Shown here: piece after piece, positions 56,361-64,000 of the stretch | How positions within the stretch are numbered: the first letter of the stretch is position 1 | Layout of the letters: each line of letters starts with the position of its first letter | DNA from: an uncultured Chthonomonas sp. | GTDB lineage: Bacteria > Armatimonadota > Chthonomonadetes > Chthonomonadales > CAJBBX01 | DNA length: 64,000 bases | Assembly (NCBI GenBank): GCA_903885605.1 | Contig: CAISJD010000077.1 | Location: forward strand, 8,490 to 72,489 | Direction: 5' to 3' | The notes under the pieces: model-generated | Told to the model about the DNA's origin: nothing | What the model saw: the letters and a program-made list of their open reading frames with translations, nothing else | The model's database searches: none | Translations under genes and position numbers: made by a program

Positions 56361-58735
56361 TGGCCCCACCTCCTGAGGACGAACGCCTCGTAGATCGCGA
56401 AGCGGTCGCGGGTCTTGATGTCGCCGCCCAGTCCGTGGTCGCCCGTGGGGTCCACCACCAGTTCGACCAACGGGCCCTTGCGCGCCTTGAGCAGCTCGCG
56501 GTAGACCTTCACCGTATCCTGGTAGAGGACATTGGTATCCTCCATGCCGTGCAGCAGCATGAGCGGGCCCTTCAGGTTCTTGGCCAGGTGGGTGAGCGAG
56601 AAGCGGTCCAGCTCATCCGGCTTGCCGACCTTGGCCGGGCCGATGACGCCGCCCGCGTACCAGTTGTTGTAGTTCTGCCATTCGGTCGGCCCCGCGCCCG
56701 CGATGCCCAGTGTGAAGACGTCGCCGGCGGTGTACATGCACATCTGGGTCTGGAAGCCGCCAAACGACCAACCGTGGACGCCCACGCGCTTGGGATCGAC
56801 GCCGTACTGCTCCGTCAGGTACTTCACCGCGTCTTTCAGGTCCTCGACCTGCGCCTTGCCGGGCTGTTCCCAGTTGGCCGAGCCGAATGCGGCGCCGTAG
56901 CCCGAGGAGCCGCGCGGGTCGATCGTTGCGCAGAGGTAGCCATGCTTCCAGGCCATCCACATGGGCCAGAGGTAGCCGTCCGGCCCGGTGGAGCCGTCCT
57001 CCACCATCTTGCCCTCGCCGAGAGGCCCGCCGTAGACGTAGACCAGCAACCGGTGCTGGTCGGTCTTCTTCCAGTTCTGCGGCTTGAAGACGAACCCGGA
57101 GACGCTCTGGCCGAGGCGGTTCTTGAAGGAGATGAGCTCGGGCGTCAGCTTGCTGACCTGCTGCCAGCCGCCGCCGTGCGAGGAGGTGACCACATCCTCG
57201 CGCTTGACGCTCAGGTCCGCCAGGACGCACATCTCACGCGGGCTCGTCCAGGAGACGTGTGTGGCCGCGATCTTGTCGAGCTTGTGCGAGACGGTGATGG
57301 ATCCGTAGGTACCGTCCCGGCTCGTCAGGCGCGTCATGGCGCCGTCGGCCACGCTCACGCTGTACGCATCCATACGTGCCGGCTGCTCGCGGTTCGAGCG
57401 TACGATGAGGGTCTTGCCGTCCTCGGACAGCTTGACCGGGTAGACCTCGAAGTCGCCCTTGGTGAGCTGCGTGGCGACGCCGCCCTGGGGATCGACGATC
57501 CAGACGTGCCGGTGGCCGGTCTGCTCCAGCAGGCAGACGAGGCGCCCATCGGGCAGGAACTGCGGGTCCGTGAGGCCCGGCGTCGTATGCTCGCCGTTGT
57601 GGATCGACTTGTAGACCGCCGCGACCTGCTTCTTCGCGATGTCTGCGGTGCTGATCTCTAACTCGCGCTTTGTCCGCTTCCAGGTGGCGAACGCGACGCG
57701 CTTGGAGTCGGTGGACCAGGGCTTCTCGTGCAGCACCGCCTGGCCCATCTCGTCGCCTGCGGGCCACTTCCATATCTCCCACGGCTTGCCGTCGTTGAAG
57801 GGAGTGGCCTTCGGATCATCGACCAGATCCACTATGTAGAGCCGCTGCTCCGAGTTGAACGGGTCGTCGGCTACGTTCCGCCCGGTGGTCTTGGCCTCGG
57901 CAAAGCGGTTGCGGTAGGAAATGTAGGTCACCTCGCGGTCCCGGCCCGAGCCCTTGGAGCAGAGCATGAGCGCCTTGGTCTCGTCCGGCGAGATCCACAT
58001 AGCGTTCATCTTCATGCCGTCGGGCAACTCGGGGTTCAGTTGCACCACGTCGGCGGAGGCGAAGGCCATGCGGTAGAGCCCGCCGCCGCGGTTGAAGGTG
58101 AAGCCCTTGTCGTCCTTGGTGTACTCGATGCCGGACTCGCCGTCCTGCGTCCTGGTCACCCGCACCATCCCGGGCTTGCCGATCTCGATGCGGAGGATGT
58201 CGCCCTTGTAGGTGAGCAGCATGGTGTCAGAGTGATGCGCCCAGGTGAATTCGCCCACGCCCGTGTAAGTCTTCAGCGGCTCTTTGCGATCCTTCTCCTT
58301 CTTCTCGTCCTCCTCCTCAAGCTTGGTGCGCTCGTCGCGGCTCAGGCTTCTGCGGCGGATGTCTTCCGCCTTGTCCTTCTTCAGCTGCTCAATGACCTCC
58401 TTGAGCGTCCGGTCGAAGGGGAGGAACTGCTCGGCCGAGGTGAGGCGTGTCGCCTTACGGTCGCGGGTATCGTAGACCCACAGGTCGTAGCCTTTGTCGT
58501 CGTAGGCGTTCCACCGATAGGCCACATACCGGTCGTCGTGGGACCAGGCGATGGACTGGGCCGCCTTGCCGAAGAACCACTTCTTCGGGAAGAGGTCATC
58601 CAGGCGCATCTCGTCCTGCGCGGCGGTCACCGAGGCGCCCTTGGCGGCCTCCTGGGCACAGGCGGGGGCGGCCGTGACGAGAGTGGCGATGGCCGCCGGT
58701 GCGGCGAGGAGCGACAACAGGCGGGTCACATGCAT
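56357..58735 (-). CDS. S9-family serine peptidase (prolyl oligopeptidase / DPP-like), secreted
   Basis: Start at internal ATG 58735. Signal peptide MHVTRLLSLLAAPAAIATLVTAAPACA. Beta-propeller N-half. Catalytic GWSFGG nucleophile elbow and C-terminal D...H region. Confidence 0.85.
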   Translation of the reverse strand: MHVTRLLSLLAAPAAIATLVTAAPACAQEAAKGASVTAAQDEMRLDDLFPKKWFFGKAAQSIAWSHDDRYVAYRWNAYDDKGYDLWVYDTRDRKATRLTSAEQFLPFDRTLKEVIEQLKKDKAEDIRRRSLSRDERTKLEEEDEKKEKDRKEPLKTYTGVGEFTWAHHSDTMLLTYKGDILRIEIGKPGMVRVTRTQDGESGIEYTKDDKGFTFNRGGGLYRMAFASADVVQLNPELPDGMKMNAMWISPDETKALMLCSKGSGRDREVTYISYRNRFAEAKTTGRNVADDPFNSEQRLYIVDLVDDPKATPFNDGKPWEIWKWPAGDEMGQAVLHEKPWSTDSKRVAFATWKRTKRELEISTADIAKKQVAAVYKSIHNGEHTTPGLTDPQFLPDGRLVCLLEQTGHRHVWIVDPQGGVATQLTKGDFEVYPVKLSEDGKTLIVRSNREQPARMDAYSVSVADGAMTRLTSRDGTYGSITVSHKLDKIAATHVSWTSPREMCVLADLSVKREDVVTSSHGGGWQQVSKLTPELISFKNRLGQSVSGFVFKPQNWKKTDQHRLLVYVYGGPLGEGKMVEDGSTGPDGYLWPMWMAWKHGYLCATIDPRGSSGYGAAFGSANWEQPGKAQVEDLKDAVKYLTEQYGVDPKRVGVHGWSFGGFQTQMCMYTAGDVFTLGIAGAGPTEWQNYNNWYAGGVIGPAKVGKPDELDRFSLTHLAKNLKGPLMLLHGMEDTNVLYQDTVKVYRELLKARKGPLVELVVDPTGDHGLGGDIKTRDRFAIYEAFVLRRWGQ

Positions 58736-58755
58736 GGTCGGGTGCGTCTCCTGGG

Positions 58756-59610
58756 TCAGCCTTTGATGCCGGTTACGGCGATGCCCTGAATGAACTGCTT
58801 CTGGGTAAAGAAGAAGAGCACGATGATCGGAGCCACGACGATGGTGGAGGCCGCCATCAGCAGGTTCCACTCTGTGCCCCCGTGCTGGCTCTGGTAGAAC
58901 TGCAGTCCCAGGGAGAGGGTGAATGTCTTCTGGTCCATCAGGTAGACCAGCGGGCCGAGGAAGTCGCGCCAGGTGAACATGAAGTGGAACAGCGCCACGA
59001 CGGCCAGAGCGGACTTCGCCAGCGGGAGCACCACCTGGCGAAAGATGCCCCACTCGGAGCAGCCATCGATGCGGGCCGCCTCCGAGAGTTCGTTGGGGAT
59101 CGTCCGGAAAAACTGCCGCAGCAGGAAGATGTTGAAGGCGCTACCGAACCACGCCGGAGCCCAGAGCGGCCGGAATGTGCCGAGCCAACCCAGGCTCTTG
59201 AAGAGCCCGTAGAGCGGCACCATGAGGACGGGGAAGGGGACCATCATCGTGGCCAGCGTCACGGCGAATGCTATGTCGCGCCCGGGCCACCGGAGCCTTG
59301 CGAAGGCGTAGGCCACCAGTGAGTTGGAGACGACCGTGCCGGTGACGCCCAGCAGGCAGAGTAGGAGTGTGTTCCGGGCGTAGAGGACAAACGGCACGTA
59401 GCCCAGCGTGTCGGAGCCGTAGGCAAGCGCCTTGCCGAAGTTGCCCCACTGCGGGTGCGAGGGTACCCACGTCGGTGGGATGCGCATCGTCTCCTGGAGC
59501 GGCTTCAGCGCGGTCGTGAACATCCAGGCCAGCGGGAACAGGAACATCAGGGATAGCAGTACCAGTGTCAGATGGACGGGCCAGGCGGCCCAACGCTTCG
59601 AATGGGTCAT
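58756..59610 (-). CDS. Carbohydrate ABC transporter permease (MalG/CUT1-type)
   Basis: Six TM segments. EAA loop ELSEAARIDGCSEWGIFRQVVLPL. Typical ~280-aa length. Confidence 0.85.
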   Translation of the reverse strand: MTHSKRWAAWPVHLTLVLLSLMFLFPLAWMFTTALKPLQETMRIPPTWVPSHPQWGNFGKALAYGSDTLGYVPFVLYARNTLLLCLLGVTGTVVSNSLVAYAFARLRWPGRDIAFAVTLATMMVPFPVLMVPLYGLFKSLGWLGTFRPLWAPAWFGSAFNIFLLRQFFRTIPNELSEAARIDGCSEWGIFRQVVLPLAKSALAVVALFHFMFTWRDFLGPLVYLMDQKTFTLSLGLQFYQSQHGGTEWNLLMAASTIVVAPIIVLFFFTQKQFIQGIAVTGIKG

Positions 59611-59800
59611 AGCCGTTCCTGCGTGGTGGTCTGCCGGCGAACCGCACCATGGCGGACCGGCGCATCTGCTGCCACCATGACTCTACACTCCATCGGCTCA
59701 GATTGCTGCCGGTCGGGCGGGACTTCCTTGCCCTGTAGGCCCAAACTGCTCCGCACCGGCTTCCGCCGTCCGCCCGATACCTTGCCCGGGAGGTCCGTCC

Positions 59801-61906
59801 ATGCTCGTCCGACTGCTCCTCTGCGTTGCCGCGATGGCCTGCCATGCGGGATCATCGGCGCTCGGCCAGGCGACCCCATGGTCGCCTCAGGCCCTGCAAC
59901 GGCCCGCAGCTTGGACCGAGCGGATGAACGATCCCATCGTCTCCGCCGACCCGTCGGGCTTGCGCGTGACCATCGCGCCGGGGCGCACGTGGGCCATCGC
60001 CGCCGCCGGGGGGGTGGTATTGCCTGCACGGTCAGCAGGCGCGGTGGTCCGTGTATCTGAGTTGCACGGCGCCAGGTGGCTCATTCGGCTCTACGGCCGC
60101 CTGCGCGGCGCCGACAAGCCTGTCACTGTGGGCCTCTGCGAGGGGCGCGACGATAGCGGCGAGGTGCGGATCGACCTGGACCCGCGCATGGTCGGTGAGC
60201 CGCCGGCCGAGGGCGTGATGCTCCAGTTCGGTGTCGAGGGAGAGCCGGGCGGCTCGGCCCTCCTGTCGCACCTCAGCTTCCTGCCCGCGGCCAGGGCGCC
60301 AAAGACCGTCGCCGTGCCGGGTCAGCGGCCGATCCACGCCGTGGACCTCATGCCCAACCTGCCCCGGCCCTACAAGATGCTCGACTGGGCAGCCGTCGCC
60401 CGTAAGTACGACCGCCTCGTCTTCAACACGGAGGCGCGCGGGGAGCATCTGCCCCTCTGCTGGATCGAGCCATCCGGGACCAACACCGGCAAGCCCTCCT
60501 TCGGCCTATCAAGCTATGTCGGTGACGGGCGGGCCGGGAGTAACAGCCACGAAGGCGTCACCTGCATCGGTGCGCTCATGGGCGCCGTGACGGTCGGCAT
60601 CGACAAGCGCAAAGGGCCGCATGACTTCGTCGCAATGTGCCAGGACCACTTCAACTCGGCCAACGGGGTGAACCTCGTGCTAAACGGCGTCAGCCAGGGA
60701 ACCGGCGGCTCCTTCTGGTACGAGATGTGGCCGCACATCGCCTTCTACGCGCTCGCCGACCGGTACGCCGCCGACCCTGAGCTGGAGCGCATCCTGCGCA
60801 CCACAGCCGACCGCTGGGAGGGCGTGGCGCAAGCCCTCTCGCCCGGAGGCAAGCCGAACTTCGACCACACCTCCTACGATGTCATGGCCCGCCGGCCCGT
60901 GGACAACGGCCAGTGGCGCGAGCCGGACGCCGCCGCGGGTATGGCCTGGATCCAGTACGCCGCCTACCGACGGCTTCGCGACCCGCGCTACCTGGAGGCC
61001 GCCGACCTCTCCATGCGCTTCCTTGCCGAGCGGCGCGACAATCCGTTCTACGAGGTGTTGCTTCCGTGGGGCGCCCTCACGGCGGCGCGGATGAACGCCG
61101 AGTTGGGGCGCAGGTACCCCGTGGACAAGCTGATCCAGTGGTCTTTCGGCGTCAGCGAGTGCCGAGGCGGCTGGGGCGTCATCGTCGGCAACTGGTCCGG
61201 CTACGACTGCTCTGGGCTCGTGGGTAGCGTGGACAATCGGGGCGGCTACGCGTTCGCCATGAACACCTTCGCACAGGTCGGCGCCCTGGCGCCCATCGCG
61301 CGGTACGACACGCGCTACGCCCGCGCCATCGGCAAGTGGGTCCTCAACGCGGCCAACGCCGCACGCCTCTTCTACCCGAGGCAACTGCCGCCGGGGCACG
61401 AATCGTCGGCCGGCTGGAAGGGCGACCCGGAAGGCGTCATCGCCTACGAGGGCCTTCGCTACGAGTGGGAGGGGAAGCGGCCTTACGCCACCGGCGACCC
61501 GCAGGCCATGAAGTGGGGGCCGAAGACCGACTTGGGCCTCTACGGCTCGTCCTACGTCGGCCTTCTGGGCGGCATCGTCGGTCGGACCAGCGATCCAGCG
61601 ATCCTGAAGCTCGACCTTCTGGCCACCGACTACTTCCACGCCCCGGCGCACCCGACGTACTTGCTTTACAACCCGAGGCCGCGCGCTACATCCGTGAGCT
61701 TCGACCTGCCGACGGGCCGACGAGACGTGTATGATGCGGTCAGCCGGAGGTTCGTGGCTCGGTACGTGGCCGGCAAGGTGCGGGTCACGCTGCCCGCCGA
61801 CCGGGCGATGGTCCTGGTGTCCTGCCCGGCCGGGGCGAAGATCACGCGCTCGCATGGGAAGGCGCTGGCGGGCGGCGTGGTCATCGACTATGGTCCGCAG
61901 CCCTGA
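59801..61906 (+). CDS. Secreted hypothetical protein (701 aa), possible (alpha/alpha)6-barrel glycan-active enzyme
   Basis: ATG after GGGAGG. Signal peptide MLVRLLLCVAAMACHA. N-terminal beta domain, then a long helix-rich region with aromatic-rich motifs (SFWYEMWPHIAFYAL, MAWIQYAAYRRL). The family assignment is a guess. Confidence 0.55.
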   Translation: MLVRLLLCVAAMACHAGSSALGQATPWSPQALQRPAAWTERMNDPIVSADPSGLRVTIAPGRTWAIAAAGGVVLPARSAGAVVRVSELHGARWLIRLYGRLRGADKPVTVGLCEGRDDSGEVRIDLDPRMVGEPPAEGVMLQFGVEGEPGGSALLSHLSFLPAARAPKTVAVPGQRPIHAVDLMPNLPRPYKMLDWAAVARKYDRLVFNTEARGEHLPLCWIEPSGTNTGKPSFGLSSYVGDGRAGSNSHEGVTCIGALMGAVTVGIDKRKGPHDFVAMCQDHFNSANGVNLVLNGVSQGTGGSFWYEMWPHIAFYALADRYAADPELERILRTTADRWEGVAQALSPGGKPNFDHTSYDVMARRPVDNGQWREPDAAAGMAWIQYAAYRRLRDPRYLEAADLSMRFLAERRDNPFYEVLLPWGALTAARMNAELGRRYPVDKLIQWSFGVSECRGGWGVIVGNWSGYDCSGLVGSVDNRGGYAFAMNTFAQVGALAPIARYDTRYARAIGKWVLNAANAARLFYPRQLPPGHESSAGWKGDPEGVIAYEGLRYEWEGKRPYATGDPQAMKWGPKTDLGLYGSSYVGLLGGIVGRTSDPAILKLDLLATDYFHAPAHPTYLLYNPRPRATSVSFDLPTGRRDVYDAVSRRFVARYVAGKVRVTLPADRAMVLVSCPAGAKITRSHGKALAGGVVIDYGPQP

Positions 61907-61986
61907 GGCCGGTTCCGCCTCGACCACCCCGCGTGCGGGCCTGTGTTACAATGGTCACCACTCCAACGGGACACAGGGTGAGAGCC

Positions 61987-62847
61987 ATGGCCGATTCAGC
62001 CGTCAAGCGGGTTGCGATCCTGTCGCCGGGGCTCATCGGCGGCTCCATCGGGCTCGGGTTGGCGGCGCGGACGCCTGGCCTTAGACTGACCTGTTGGGCA
62101 AGGCGTGCCGAGTCGTCCGCCGCCGCTGTTGCCCTGGGCGCCGCGCATCAGGTCGCGTCTACTCCGGAGCAGGCGGTGCAGGGGGCCGACGCCGTCTATG
62201 TCTGCTGCCCTGTCGGGGCCGTCGGCGACCTGCTGGACCGGATCGCCCCGCACGTGGGTCCGGAGTGCGTCGTGCTCGACGTGGCGGGCGTTAAGGCTCC
62301 CGTCCCGGACTGGAGCCGCCGACTGGTCCAGGGCGCCTTCGTCGGGAGCCACCCCATGGCCGGATCCGAGCGCTCCGGCATCGAGTTCGCCCGCGCGGAC
62401 CTGTACCAGGGCGCTACCTGGGTCTTCACCCCGCTGGAGGGTGACGCGCCGTGGGCGGTCTCCAGGGCTGTCGGCTTGGCCGAGGCGCTGGGGGCGCGTC
62501 CACTCATCTGTACCGTTGAGGAGCATGACCGGTGGGCTGCGGCCCTGAGCCACCTGCCGCACCTGCTGGCCTATGCCCTGGCGCAGGTTGCGCAGGATCG
62601 CGTGCCGTCGGCCGGGGCGCACATGGCCGGCGGTAGCTACCGCGACGGCTCCCGCGTTGCCGCTTCGTCTCCCGCGGCGTGGACAGAGATCCTCATGGCC
62701 AACCGCCGTGAGGCTGCCGATGCCTGTACCGCCGCATCTGTGTGGCTCGCTGAGGCCGCAGCAGCCCTCACGCAGGGCGATGGGGCCGCGCTTGCCGCGC
62801 TCCTGGATGCGGCGCATACTGGCCGGCTGGAGGTGGGTCCATGCTAG
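61987..62847 (+). CDS. tyrA: Prephenate dehydrogenase
   Basis: ATG 61987. VAILSPGLIGGSIG Rossmann motif, GSHPMAGSE catalytic motif, SHLPHLLA. Confidence 0.8.
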   Translation: MADSAVKRVAILSPGLIGGSIGLGLAARTPGLRLTCWARRAESSAAAVALGAAHQVASTPEQAVQGADAVYVCCPVGAVGDLLDRIAPHVGPECVVLDVAGVKAPVPDWSRRLVQGAFVGSHPMAGSERSGIEFARADLYQGATWVFTPLEGDAPWAVSRAVGLAEALGARPLICTVEEHDRWAAALSHLPHLLAYALAQVAQDRVPSAGAHMAGGSYRDGSRVAASSPAAWTEILMANRREAADACTAASVWLAEAAAALTQGDGAALAALLDAAHTGRLEVGPC

Positions 62848-64000
62848 ACATGGTGCGCATCCATCCGTTGCTTCGGCCGTTTGACGCCGACGTGGAGTTG
62901 CCCGGCAGCAAGAGCATCACCAATCGCGCGCTTCTCTTGGCCGCCCTCTCCGATGGACGGTGCCGCATCGACCGAGCGCTGGACTCCGACGACGCCCGAC
63001 GGATGGTGGAGGGGCTGACGTGCCTCGGCTTCGACGTTGAGGCCGATTGGCCCGCCGCTCGGATCATCGTGCAGGGGCGTAGCGGCGAAGTTCCTGCGTC
63101 GTCGGCCGAGCTGTTTGTGGGCAACGCGGGCACGGCTGCCCGGTTCCTCGCCGCCGCCTCCGCACTCGCGACCGGCGAGATCCGCCTGGACGGAGTGCCG
63201 CGCATGCGGGAGCGGCCCATGGGCGACCTCTTTGAGGCGCTTCGCTCCATGGGCGCCGACGTGCTACCTGAGCAGGGCAGGGATGCGTTGCCGGCCCTGG
63301 TGCGCTCCTCCGGAGTGCGCGGCGGCGAGGTCCACATCCGTGCCGGCAGCAGCAGCCAGTTCGTCTCGGCCCTGCTCCTGATCGGTCCCTGCTGCCCGGA
63401 GGGGCTCCGCGTTCGGATCGAGGGCCCGCTGGTTTCGGAGCCCTACGTGGCCATGACCCTTGAGATGATACGCCGGTGGGGCGGCTGCGTGGAGGTCGGC
63501 GTCTCCGGCGACTATGAAGTTGGGGGCACGTCGGGCTACCGGTCGCGTGAGTGGCTGGTGGAGCCGGATGCGTCGGGCGCCACCTACTTCATGGCTGCCG
63601 CGGCGGTGACGGGCGGGCGTGCGCTCATCCGGGGGCTGGGCCGCGACTCGCTACAGGGCGATGTGGCCTTCGCCGACGTCCTGGGGCGGATGGGCTGCAC
63701 CGTGGAGTGGCTGCCCGAGGGTGTTCAGGTCCGCGGTCCGGAGCGCCTCGGCGGCGTTGAGGTGGACATGAACGGTATTTCGGATACCGTTATGTCGCTG
63801 GCCGCCATCGCGCCCTTCGCGTCGGGCCCAGTGAGCATTCGGAACGTGGCGCATATCCGCGGCAAGGAGACCGACCGTATCTCCGCGGTCGTCGCCGAAC
63901 TGAACCGGCTGGGGGTCGCCGTGGACGAGCTTCCCGACGGGCTCACAATACAGCCGGTCCACGAGCTTCGGCCCGCGCTGGTCCAGACCTACGACGACCA
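62841..64000 (+). CDS. aroA: 3-phosphoshikimate 1-carboxyvinyltransferase (EPSP synthase); 3' end outside the window
   Basis: Not in the ORF track because there is no stop in the window. ATG 62841 overlaps the tyrA stop (ATGCTAG). Translation reads MLDMVRIHPLLRPFDADVELPGSKSITNRALLLAAL...GNAGTAARFL...RMRERPMGDL, which are classic AroA motifs. The frame is open to base 64000. Confidence 0.9.
   Translation, partial: MLDMVRIHPLLRPFDADVELPGSKSITNRALLLAALSDGRCRIDRALDSDDARRMVEGLTCLGFDVEADWPAARIIVQGRSGEVPASSAELFVGNAGTAARFLAAASALATGEIRLDGVPRMRERPMGDLFEALRSMGADVLPEQGRDALPALVRSSGVRGGEVHIRAGSSSQFVSALLLIGPCCPEGLRVRIEGPLVSEPYVAMTLEMIRRWGGCVEVGVSGDYEVGGTSGYRSREWLVEPDASGATYFMAAAAVTGGRALIRGLGRDSLQGDVAFADVLGRMGCTVEWLPEGVQVRGPERLGGVEVDMNGISDTVMSLAAIAPFASGPVSIRNVAHIRGKETDRISAVVAELNRLGVAVDELPDGLTIQPVHELRPALVQTYDD

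Noticed and set aside
59611-59800. 190-bp gap between the divergent permease and the 701-aa gene, examined for a tRNA, sRNA or a remnant of a MalF-like permease.
   Set aside because: There is no cloverleaf-compatible arms or anticodon structure, no strong hairpin, and none of the six-frame translations resembles a permease. It is most simply a divergent promoter region.

Overview
High-GC (about two-thirds G+C by eye) bacterial chromosomal segment, densely coding on both strands, with frequent GTG/TTG starts and many 1-4 nt stop/start overlaps. Long antisense 'shadow' ORFs are common and were discounted. I support about 50 protein genes and found no rRNA, tRNA or CRISPR array.

Content in order:
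- Partial beta-helix protein.
- C1/folate cluster: acsE-like methyltransferase, metF, metV, fhs.
- Aldolase-kinase-isomerase sugar operon.
- Photolyase.
- GH29 fucosidase and GH51 arabinofuranosidase.
- Repeat-rich accessory patch (14.8-17.6 kb): one orphan gene, a truncated extradiol-dioxygenase remnant and an AbrB/PIN toxin-antitoxin pair.
- udk coupled to a 908-aa secreted protein.
- GH2, a Gfo/Idh/MocA oxidoreductase, a PD40 propeller protein and a serine hydrolase.
- Zn-ADH, small protein and glycyl-radical-enzyme operon.
- SDR, two TPR proteins and an FAD oxidoreductase with an SLH-like tail.
- A 1156-aa secreted protein and an HEXXH peptidase-like protein.
- A long minus-strand string: GH38, DHS-like protein, three secreted unknowns, ligA, membrane protein.
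- PPK2, sfsA, AI-2E transporter, lhgO-like, argB, S9 peptidase, a lone ABC permease, a 701-aa secreted unknown, and tyrA and aroA (3' partial).

Best candidates for something new:
1. The cassette at 14811-16690, bounded by ~250-bp direct repeats that carry phased 8-mers and strong hairpins.
2. The short eliminase-type glycyl radical enzyme operon, which has no activase anywhere in the window.
3. The DHS-like plus three secreted proteins plus ligA gene string.

All functional calls come from reading motifs by eye. No database search was run.
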